Shown in pieces: positions 54,418-62,563 of a DNA stretch of 64,000 bases. The stretch is from an uncultured Eubacteriales bacterium (GTDB lineage Bacteria > Bacillota > Clostridia > Lachnospirales > JAISER01): NCBI GenBank assembly GCA_964500895.1, contig CAZCQP010000007.1, positions 829 to 64,828 on the forward strand, in the 5' to 3' direction. Under the pieces are notes generated by a model. The model did no database searches. It had not been told where the DNA came from and saw only the letters and a list, made by a program, of their open reading frames with translations. Every line of letters starts with the position of its first letter. Positions within the stretch are counted from its first letter, which is position 1. The position numbers were made by a program, and so were the translations under genes.

Positions 54418-55962
54418 TTACCAGCTGAAATTGTACATGTAATACATGTCGCCTGTAGGAATTTCCACGTTTTTAAGCCGATTGTCGTAAGCCACGTTGG
54501 AATATCTCCAGTAAAGGGGAATGTATGCAGCATCGGTCATAACGGTGGTTTCAATCTCTTGGTAAATGGCGTTGCGCTTATCCGGGTCTGCTTCCAACCG
54601 CCCGTCGGACAGCAACTGGTCCACTTTCGGGTTGTTATAGCGTGCATAGTTACCGGCTAAAATTTCGCCGCTTTGGTACAGGGAATAAATGCCCACATCC
54701 GGGTCCATACAAATGTAAGACCAGCCATAAATGCTAATGTCGTACTCACCGGCTTCCATTTTATCCCAGTAAGCGCCGGCTTCCAGCACTTCAATGTCTG
54801 TCTGTACGCCAATGTTGGCTAAGTCTGCCTGTAAAAGCTGTGCATGGGTGCTGCGGTTTTCAGGCACGGTAATGGTTAATTTCAAACCGTCTGCATAACC
54901 GGCATCTGCCAACATGGCCTTAGCTAAATCCACGTTGTAAGGCAGCGGGTCAAAGCCTTCAATGTAACCGGGTACGTTTTCAGGAATAAAGGAATTGGCT
55001 TGCAGGGCGTTGCCATCCATTACCCCTAGAATAATGGCTTCTTTGTCCACTGCTTTGGCAATAGCCTGGCGCACTTGCGGATTGTTTAAAGGTGCTCTTT
55101 CCGTGTTTAAGCTGACCATGTAAAACACCACGGAGGGTTCTTGCAAAAAGGCTAGGTTGGGGTTTGCTTCGATAATGGGAATGTCGGTGTCGGCAATGTC
55201 TAGATACATGTCCACTTCGCCTTTTTCCAAAGCAATGGCGGCAGTGGTTTTGTCTTTGATGATTTTGTAAGTGATGTTTTCAATAGGGGCTTTTTCTTTA
55301 TAATAGCCGTCAAAAGCTTTCAGAACGATTCTGTCACCCTGGGCCCATTCCACAAACTGATAAGGGCCGGAGCCAATGGGGTTTCTGGACATACCATCAG
55401 AACCGTCGGCGTAAAAGCTTTCTTTCACCACGCCGCCGTAATAGGCCAGCAGTGAAAGGCAAGGCGCATAAGGATATTTCAGAATCACTTTCACAGTGCC
55501 GTCATCCACTTTTTCTGCTCTGTCAATGAAGCTCATGTATGGGCCACTGTATTCGGATTCAATGGTTCTATGTATGGTGTAGACCACATCGTCGGCGGTT
55601 ACTTCTTCGCCGTTATGGTATTTGGTGCCTTGGGTGATGTAGAAGGTGTACTCCAGGCCGTCTTCGGAAATGTCCCATTTTTCGGCTAAAGCAGGTACAA
55701 TGTTGTTTTGAGGGTCAAGCCGGACAAGGGGTTCTACCAGGTTGGAAACGATGGAAAGACTTGTAATGTCATTAACGCCAGTGGGGTCGATTGCTGTGGC
55801 ATCTACGTCTATGCCCACAACCAAAGTATCTTTCACGGGGTTGCCCTCGGCTGGTTCGCCTCCTGCGGCTGTGCTGCCTCCGCCGCTGCTGTTACTGCCG
55901 CAAGCCGAGAATGCCAACGCTACAGATAAAATACATGCTACGATGGATAATTTTCGATTCAT
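54418..55962 (-). CDS. Opp/Dpp-type ABC transporter substrate-binding lipoprotein (family 5 SBP)
   Basis: Track ORF trimmed to MNRKLSIVACILSVALAFSACGSN (lipobox). The family-5 SBP pattern is present throughout. Confidence 0.85.
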   Translation of the reverse strand: MNRKLSIVACILSVALAFSACGSNSSGGGSTAAGGEPAEGNPVKDTLVVGIDVDATAIDPTGVNDITSLSIVSNLVEPLVRLDPQNNIVPALAEKWDISEDGLEYTFYITQGTKYHNGEEVTADDVVYTIHRTIESEYSGPYMSFIDRAEKVDDGTVKVILKYPYAPCLSLLAYYGGVVKESFYADGSDGMSRNPIGSGPYQFVEWAQGDRIVLKAFDGYYKEKAPIENITYKIIKDKTTAAIALEKGEVDMYLDIADTDIPIIEANPNLAFLQEPSVVFYMVSLNTERAPLNNPQVRQAIAKAVDKEAIILGVMDGNALQANSFIPENVPGYIEGFDPLPYNVDLAKAMLADAGYADGLKLTITVPENRSTHAQLLQADLANIGVQTDIEVLEAGAYWDKMEAGEYDISIYGWSYICMDPDVGIYSLYQSGEILAGNYARYNNPKVDQLLSDGRLEADPDKRNAIYQEIETTVMTDAAYIPLYWRYSNVAYDNRLKNVEIPTGDMYYMYNFSW

Positions 55963-56065
55963 GACTTTCCTCCTAAACCATAAAGTATTGTACATAGCTT
56001 TAACTTTACAAAAACCCATGGGTACTGTCAATAGTCAAATCGACATATTTCGACAAAGGCAAGCG

Positions 56066-56767
56066 TTATGGATGTTGCACAATCCATTGTGCCAATTGGT
56101 AGTCTAGAGGTGTGGTGATTTTAATATTTATGGGCTCCCCCGGTACCATAAAAACAGGCTGTCCGGCAGCCAAAAACAAGGCACATGCGTCTGTTATGCT
56201 GGGCAGGACATCCTTTGGTATATTTTCATAGGCCGACTTATAAAGCCCGGCCGTAAAACTTTGGGGGGTTTGGGCATGAAACATGTCTACCCGCTTAGGA
56301 ACATTCTGTACCCATTCGCCTCCTGGCCCGTGAAGCAAGGTGTCTGTGGCGGGCGCTACCGTAGTACATGCCCCGTGGCTTTGAACGGCGTTTATGTTGG
56401 CTTCAATGGTGTCGGTGCTCACAAAGGGGCGCACGGCATCATGGGAAAGTATAACGTCCCCACCTTGCAGCCCAAAGGCCCGTTCGGCTGCCAAAATGGT
56501 TTGGTACAGGGTTTCGCTGCGGTCTGCCCCGCCCGGGGTGATACAGATGTTTGGGCCAGCAATGCCGTATTGTTTAAGCAAGTTCCAGGTGGCATCCACC
56601 CAGTCCGGGTGCAAGCCTAAAGCAATGCCGTCTACTTGAGGAACGGCCAAAAAACGCTCTATGGTGTGAATGATGATGGGTTTATCATTTAAAGGTAAAA
56701 ATTGCTTGGGGGTGTTGGCACCCATGCGGGCACCACTTCCCCCAGCAACAATTGCTGCAATAACCAT
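56066..56767 (-). CDS. IspD/TarI-family cytidylyltransferase (MEP or ribitol-5-phosphate)
   Basis: 233 aa with VAGGSGARMG and HDAVRPF motifs. Sequence inspection alone cannot separate IspD from TarI. Confidence 0.8.
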   Translation of the reverse strand: MVIAAIVAGGSGARMGANTPKQFLPLNDKPIIIHTIERFLAVPQVDGIALGLHPDWVDATWNLLKQYGIAGPNICITPGGADRSETLYQTILAAERAFGLQGGDVILSHDAVRPFVSTDTIEANINAVQSHGACTTVAPATDTLLHGPGGEWVQNVPKRVDMFHAQTPQSFTAGLYKSAYENIPKDVLPSITDACALFLAAGQPVFMVPGEPINIKITTPLDYQLAQWIVQHP

Positions 56768-56777
56768 GTTCTTGTCC

Positions 56778-57968
56778 TTAACCTTTTTGAATTTCAGCCA
56801 TCAGTTGTCTGAACGGCTCTAAAGCGTTTTCGCAGGTGGCTTGATCCACGCAATAAGCCATTCTGAAATAGCCGGGGCAACTAAAAGCAGAGCCGGGTAC
56901 CAAGAGCAACCGGTGTTCCTTGGCAGCGGCACAGAAAGCTTTATCATCGGGAATAGGGGATTTTGGGAATATGTAGAAAGCCCCTTGTGGCTTTAAGCAT
57001 TCAAAGCCGATTTCCGTTAAGCCGTTGTATAAAATATCCCGGTTTCTTTTGTAGACGGAAACGTCCACCGTGGTGTTGATGCATACGGCTGCAACCCGTT
57101 GGAACAGGGAAGGGGCGTTCACGTAGCCCAGAATGCGGTTGGCCACGTTCAGGCCGCCAAGCACTTCTTCAAGGCCATCCATGTCCGGGGAAACCATCAG
57201 ATAGCCAATGCGTTCGCCGGGTAAAGATAAGGATTTGCTAAAGGAATAGGCCACAAACGTATTTTTATAGTAAAGGGACACATAAGGCACGGCCACATCC
57301 TCAAACACCAGCTTGCGGTAAGGTTCGTCGGAGATAAGGTAGATGGGGTGCCCAAAAGCTTTTTCTTTTTCAGTTAAAATGGCTGCCAGCTTCTTTAACG
57401 TTTCTTCTGAATATATAGCGCCAGAAGGGTTGTTGGGGGAGTTGATGATGACCGCTTTGGTTTGCGGGGTGATTTTTGCTTCAAAGGACTGCAAATTCAG
57501 CTGGAATGCTTCCGTATCTGCTTCCACCATCACCAGTTTGCCTGAAAAATTAGCCACGTAATTGTTGTATTCCCCGAAATAGGGTGCAAAAACAATCACT
57601 TCATCCCCTGGGTTTAACAATGTTTTCAGCACAATGTTTAGCGCACCAGCAGCACCTACCGTCATCACTACATGGTTTTGGTTAAAGTTGGTGCCAAATT
57701 CGGCGTTGGTGGCATCGGCAATGGCCTGGCGCACGTCTTCATAGCCGGAGTTGTTCATATAGCCGTGAACCATGGTGGGGCTTTCCTGGTTTAAAATATC
57801 CATAATCACGTTTTTAACCGCTTCCGGGGGGGCAACGCTGGGGTTTCCTAAGCTGAAGTCGTAGACATTTTCTTTGCCGTAAAGGGAAGCAAGGCGCTTT
57901 CCTTCCTCAAACATAGCCCGGATGACGGAGCTTCCTGCAACAAGTTGTTTCATGGAACTGGAAATCAT
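56778..57968 (-). CDS. PLP-dependent class I/II aminotransferase (aspartate/aromatic type)
   Basis: 396 aa with the PLP lysine context YSFSKSLSLPGERIGY and the NPSGA motif (INSPNNPSGAIY). Confidence 0.85.
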   Translation of the reverse strand: MISSSMKQLVAGSSVIRAMFEEGKRLASLYGKENVYDFSLGNPSVAPPEAVKNVIMDILNQESPTMVHGYMNNSGYEDVRQAIADATNAEFGTNFNQNHVVMTVGAAGALNIVLKTLLNPGDEVIVFAPYFGEYNNYVANFSGKLVMVEADTEAFQLNLQSFEAKITPQTKAVIINSPNNPSGAIYSEETLKKLAAILTEKEKAFGHPIYLISDEPYRKLVFEDVAVPYVSLYYKNTFVAYSFSKSLSLPGERIGYLMVSPDMDGLEEVLGGLNVANRILGYVNAPSLFQRVAAVCINTTVDVSVYKRNRDILYNGLTEIGFECLKPQGAFYIFPKSPIPDDKAFCAAAKEHRLLLVPGSAFSCPGYFRMAYCVDQATCENALEPFRQLMAEIQKG

Positions 57969-57995
57969 GGTCTTCCTCCTAAGTAATAAATGACG

Positions 57996-59390
57996 TCAAA
58001 GGCGTAAAAGTTGTAGAACATTAGAGGACATCTGGTTGGCTTGTGCAAGCATGGTTGTACCTGCTTCAACCCGAATAGAAGCTTTAAATTTATTCATCAT
58101 TTCTTTTGCCATATCAGCATCTTCTATTCTGGAGTGGCTGCTGAGCATATTTTCAAGGCTTACGCCAAGGTTTTTTGCAGCATGTTCCAGTCTATTTATG
58201 TACGAACCCATGGCACTTCTAATGTTCAATATTTTTTGCATCATACTATCTGTCTTAATAAGCGTACGCTCGGCATCCAGTTTTGTCAAGACTGAAATGT
58301 TCCTATATCCATAGGCGTCAATATCAATGGGTAGCCAGCTGAAGGTTTTACCTTGGGCTGCATTAGCCCCTGTTTGGATATACACTTCTTTAGGGATGAC
58401 TTCTACCACCTTTTGTGTGCTGCTGGTTGTTGTTGAGGTTGAAGTGCTTATATTTGCTGTTCTTGATGAGAACATTAAGTGCATAAATTCATGGCCAAAG
58501 CTGTGGGTTAAATTTCCAGTACAACCACCTATGCCAAGCAACGTACCATCTGTAAATGCAAAATACATTTCTTTTTTATCGGTATATCCCCCGATTAAAG
58601 GAGAGGATACCCCTGCTGCTTTAAAACCTTCTTGTAGGGCAGTAAGTACGGTATCTAAAAAAATTTGTGCCATGGCATCATCCACCGTACCATCGGGCTT
58701 GTAAAGCAAATTCTGGGTAAGATTTTCAAAACCTCCGGGAATAGAAGAGGTAGACGCTTTAGTAACTTCATCATCAACAGAAAAAGTAATGGTTACGGGG
58801 GAGTTTCCGGGCTGGGTGACCCTGAATGACTGGTTTGAATTATGTAAGTCGTATCCAGTTTTTAAAACATTTTGAACGCTATTGTTGTTCAGGGAATAGT
58901 TGCTCATTAGAGCCTGGAAAGAATTTGTTGTTGTGACTGTGTTTGTGAATGTACGAAAGGATACTTTTGAGCCATCTGATTTTAGGGGTTTAAACTTATT
59001 AAATTCTGTCTTGGCAGATATTGATTCAATTTCATCTAGAAGCTGAATAATCTCATCGTTAATGGCGGCGCGGTCTTCATCTGTATTTGTGTCGTTAATT
59101 GCCTGAACAGAGAGCTCACGTATTCGCACTAACATACTGGATACTTCATTTAATGCACCGTCTGCCGTTTCAAACAAAGAAATGCCATCGGTGACGTTTC
59201 GAACCGCTTTTTCTAACCCATTAATTTGTGCCTTAAATTTTTGAGCTATGGCCAAACCAGATGCATCGTCCGCTGCTGAATTAATTCTTTTGCCAGTGGA
59301 AAGACGCATACTGGAGCTGTTTGTGAGTGAACCTGTATTTTTAAGCTGCCTGGCTATATTTAAGGCCAACGTATTGGTCTGAATGACCAC
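57996..59390 (-). CDS. fliC: Flagellin with an HExxH-containing hypervariable domain
   Basis: Track ORF trimmed to GTG 59390 (VVIQTNTLALN) after AAGGAAG. The N-terminus (LSTGKRINSAADDASGLAI) and C-terminus (MLAQANQMSSNVLQLLRL) are canonical flagellin helices. The central ~200 aa are unrelated and contain GHEFMH. Confidence 0.85.
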   Translation of the reverse strand: MVIQTNTLALNIARQLKNTGSLTNSSSMRLSTGKRINSAADDASGLAIAQKFKAQINGLEKAVRNVTDGISLFETADGALNEVSSMLVRIRELSVQAINDTNTDEDRAAINDEIIQLLDEIESISAKTEFNKFKPLKSDGSKVSFRTFTNTVTTTNSFQALMSNYSLNNNSVQNVLKTGYDLHNSNQSFRVTQPGNSPVTITFSVDDEVTKASTSSIPGGFENLTQNLLYKPDGTVDDAMAQIFLDTVLTALQEGFKAAGVSSPLIGGYTDKKEMYFAFTDGTLLGIGGCTGNLTHSFGHEFMHLMFSSRTANISTSTSTTTSSTQKVVEVIPKEVYIQTGANAAQGKTFSWLPIDIDAYGYRNISVLTKLDAERTLIKTDSMMQKILNIRSAMGSYINRLEHAAKNLGVSLENMLSSHSRIEDADMAKEMMNKFKASIRVEAGTTMLAQANQMSSNVLQLLRL

Positions 59391-59421
59391 AAGACCACTT
59401 CCTTGTCTTTTTTTATTGTAT

Positions 59422-59430
59422 ATTATAACA
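59422..59430 (-). promoter_or_regulatory. Extended -10 element (TGTTATAAT) upstream of the flagellin gene
   Basis: The minus strand reads TGTTATAAT about 30 nt upstream of the GTG start. The only -35-like hexamer (TTGCTT) sits at a non-ideal 19-nt spacing. No sigma-28-type CCGATAA box was seen. Confidence 0.4.
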
Positions 59431-59484
59431 TATAAAATAAAAAAACAAGCAAAATATTTGCGCAAATTTTTGTGTAGATACGCA

Positions 59485-59539
59485 AAAAAGCGTTTTCTAA
59501 GTCGCACTATACTATGATGTGACAAAGAAAACGCTTTTT
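59485..59539 (-). terminator. Terminator candidate after the MsmX-type ATPase gene
   Basis: AAAAAGCGTTTTCT / AGAAAACGCTTTTT forms a 14-bp stem with an unusually large (~27 nt) loop, and a U-run follows on the minus strand. Confidence 0.5.
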
Positions 59540-59558
59540 ATTTACAGACTGTTAGATG

Positions 59559-60671
59559 TTAATTGGTTATGGTTTGCTCCGTTTCTTTATCAAACACATG
59601 AATACGGTTTATATCAATGGCAATTTGAATTTTGTCGTTTGCTTTGGCGGTAGAGCGGGGGTCTACCCGAGCGGTAATGGTTTGGCCGTTTAAGTTCAGG
59701 TACAGGAACACTTCTGCGCCCAACATTTCGGTTACTTCCACTTCCAGCTCCATAATGGAGTCTGGGGAAGAGGCCAGGAACACTTCTTCATCGTGCAAGT
59801 TTTCCGGCCGAATGCCCATAATGACGGTTTTGCCAATGTAGCCGCCGTCGACAACTGCCTTGGCTTTGGCTTCATTTAATTTAATTTTGGTGGAAGCAAA
59901 GGTTAAATACACCCCGGTATCATCTTTCATGGCCGTGGCTTCAATCATGTTCATTTGGGGTGAACCAATGAACCCAGCCACAAACACGTTATTAGGCTTG
60001 TGGTAAAGGTTTTGAGGGGAATCCACCTGCTGGATAAAACCATCCTTCATAACAACAATACGGGTACCTAACGTCATGGCCTCTGTTTGGTCGTGGGTTA
60101 CATAGATGAAAGTGGTTTGCAGCCGTTGATGCAACTTGGAAATTTCCGTTCGCATTTGCACACGAAGCTTGGCATCCAGGTTGGACAAAGGTTCGTCCAT
60201 CAGGAACACTTGTGGTTCACGAACGATGGCACGGCCCATGGCCACACGCTGCCTTTGCCCGCCAGACAAAGCTTTTGGGCGACGGTCCAACAAATGCTCA
60301 ATATCCAAAATTTTGGCGGCTTCATGCACCCGCTTGTCAATTTCAGCTTTAGGGGTTTTTCTAAGTTTTAAGCCAAAGGCCATGTTATCGTAAACGGTCA
60401 TATGCGGGTAAAGTGCATAATTTTGGAATACCATGGCGATGTCACGGTCTTTTGGCGCAACATCGTTCATTTGCCGGTCGCCTATGTAGAGGCTGCCTTC
60501 TGTAATCTCTTCCAGGCCTGCAATCATGCGCAAGGTTGTGGACTTTCCGCAACCGGAAGGGCCAACAAAAATAATAAATTCTTTGTCTTGGATGTCTAAG
60601 TTAAACGCTTGTACGGCAACAAAACCATTGGGATATTTTTTAACAACATTTTCTAATTTGACTCCCGACAT
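59559..60671 (-). CDS. Sugar ABC transporter ATP-binding protein (MsmX/MalK/UgpC type), stand-alone
   Basis: 370 aa with Walker A GPSGCGKST, signature LSGGQRQRV, Walker B FLMDEPLS, and a C-terminal MalK-like regulatory/TOBE domain. Confidence 0.9.
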   Translation of the reverse strand: MSGVKLENVVKKYPNGFVAVQAFNLDIQDKEFIIFVGPSGCGKSTTLRMIAGLEEITEGSLYIGDRQMNDVAPKDRDIAMVFQNYALYPHMTVYDNMAFGLKLRKTPKAEIDKRVHEAAKILDIEHLLDRRPKALSGGQRQRVAMGRAIVREPQVFLMDEPLSNLDAKLRVQMRTEISKLHQRLQTTFIYVTHDQTEAMTLGTRIVVMKDGFIQQVDSPQNLYHKPNNVFVAGFIGSPQMNMIEATAMKDDTGVYLTFASTKIKLNEAKAKAVVDGGYIGKTVIMGIRPENLHDEEVFLASSPDSIMELEVEVTEMLGAEVFLYLNLNGQTITARVDPRSTAKANDKIQIAIDINRIHVFDKETEQTITN

Positions 60672-60880
60672 GATCTAGAGGCCTCCTTATACTTGTAATG
60701 GAGAAATTTTCGAATGAAAATCGAATTAATTGTATGGTTATGATACATGATTTTACAAAAAGTGGCTATGGCTCAATGTGACAAAACTAATATTACAGTT
60801 TTGTTACATTTGTATAAGTGCATAACTGTAAACTATGTTTTACACAACATAACAATTTTTATAATGTATAAAATAAGGTA

Positions 60881-61747
60881 TTATGCAATGGAATTGAATC
60901 CCTCTCCCAGCACTTCCCGCACATCAGCCACAATAACAAAGGCGTTGGGGTCTTTTTCCCTAACCAAAGCTTTGATTTTAACAATTTCTTTGGTAGAAAC
61001 CACACAGAACAATACGTTCTTGTCTTTTCGGCTGAACATGCCTTGAGCCTTCAAACCGGTAACGCCCCGTTCTATTTCTTTCATAATAGCATCAGCAATG
61101 GTGTCTGCCTGCTCTGAAATGATAAAGGCCGCCTTGGCAAAAGACATGCCTTCTTGAATGGCATCAATCACCTTCACCGTAACAAACACAGCAATCAAGG
61201 CGTACATGCCACTCACCGGGCCAAAAACGAAAAAGCCCAGCGTAATGATGACAGCGTCCAGCACAAACATAATTTTAGAGATGGTGAAGTGAGGCAGCAT
61301 TAAAACGTGAATCAAGCTGGCTGCGGTGTCTGTGCCCCCGGTGGTGGCCATGCATAAAAAGATCATGGCAAGCCCCACGCCACCCACCACGCCGCCAAAG
61401 ACTGACACCAGCACCAGGTCGGTGGTTTCAAAGGGGGGAAGCAGGGCGGTCACATAAAGCAAAAGGGTTAAAGCCACCGTTGCAAACACCGTCTTTTTAA
61501 GTTCTTTAAACCCAAATACTTTAAACCCAATGCCGAACAGGGGAATGTTGGCCAGTACATTGGTGAGCCAAATGGGGATTGCAAAGCCTAATTTGGCTGA
61601 TACGGTTTCAATGATGATGGCCAGGCCAGTCACACCGCCTACCACCATGCCACTGGGGCCAAAAAACATGGTCACGCTTAAAGCCAGCAAAAAAGCCCCA
61701 ACCGTCATCATCACATAGGACATCCAAGGGTGCCGGTATAAATACAT
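60881..61747 (-). CDS. YitT-family membrane protein (DUF2179 C-terminal domain)
   Basis: Track ORF trimmed to MYLYRHPWMSYVMMTVGAFLLAL (SD GAAAGGTGA). It has 5-6 TM helices and a C-terminal soluble DUF2179-like domain. Confidence 0.8.
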   Translation of the reverse strand: MYLYRHPWMSYVMMTVGAFLLALSVTMFFGPSGMVVGGVTGLAIIIETVSAKLGFAIPIWLTNVLANIPLFGIGFKVFGFKELKKTVFATVALTLLLYVTALLPPFETTDLVLVSVFGGVVGGVGLAMIFLCMATTGGTDTAASLIHVLMLPHFTISKIMFVLDAVIITLGFFVFGPVSGMYALIAVFVTVKVIDAIQEGMSFAKAAFIISEQADTIADAIMKEIERGVTGLKAQGMFSRKDKNVLFCVVSTKEIVKIKALVREKDPNAFVIVADVREVLGEGFNSIA

Positions 61748-61751
61748 TTTA

Positions 61752-62477
61752 TCACCTTTCCTTCTTAACAATAACGTAAAGCATAAACAGCGGCAATTGA
61801 AGCATACGGCCAATCCTTTGGGGTTGCTTTAAAAGCCGGTACAGCCATTCCAGCCCTAGTTTCTGAAACAACCGTGGTGCCCGCTTCACAGTTCCTGCCA
61901 ACACGTCCAGCGTACCGCCAACCCCCATCAAAAGCCGCACCGGCAATTGATTACAATGGGTGGCAATCCACTTTTCCTGTTTGGGAAAGCCTAGCCCTGC
62001 CAGCAAAATGTCCGGGCGCAAACGTTGGATGTCCTCTACAATTAATTGTTCCGCATTGGTGTCAAAATATCCATGGTGAAACCCAACCACTGTCACACCC
62101 GGGTATTGGGCTTCAATGCGCTTTTTGGCTAAAGGGCAAACCTGGGGAGCACCGCCCAGCAAATAAACAGTCATGGGTCTTGTTGCGGCTTGCTTGAACA
62201 AAGCCTGCACCAAGTCGCACCCAGCCACCCGCTCTTTCATTTTTAATTTAGTAAAACGGGAGGCCAAAACCACCCCAATGCCATCGGGCACTACCAAGCT
62301 GCCGTTCTTTAATGTTTCCATAAACTGTGGGTCTTTTTGGGCTGCCATAATCATTTCCGGGTTGGGGGTGTAGCAGGTGTGTGGGCGCTCCTCATTCAAA
62401 AAGGCCAGCAGGGTGTTTAAGGCCTCTTGAAACGTACAGGTATGCACCGGCACACCTAAAATAAGGGTTTGCATCAA
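61752..62477 (-). CDS. WecG/TagA/CpsF-family glycosyltransferase (ManNAc transferase type)
   Basis: 241 aa. TPNPEMIM, VPDGIGVV and LGFPKQEKW are characteristic of glycosyltransferase family 26. Confidence 0.85.
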   Translation of the reverse strand: MMQTLILGVPVHTCTFQEALNTLLAFLNEERPHTCYTPNPEMIMAAQKDPQFMETLKNGSLVVPDGIGVVLASRFTKLKMKERVAGCDLVQALFKQAATRPMTVYLLGGAPQVCPLAKKRIEAQYPGVTVVGFHHGYFDTNAEQLIVEDIQRLRPDILLAGLGFPKQEKWIATHCNQLPVRLLMGVGGTLDVLAGTVKRAPRLFQKLGLEWLYRLLKQPQRIGRMLQLPLFMLYVIVKKER

Positions 62478-62563
62478 TCCAATTCCTCTCTTTACATTTA
62501 CAATGGAATCAAGTAATATATTCTACATTAATTTTAACGAAAAGTACAGAGGGATGTTGCGAC

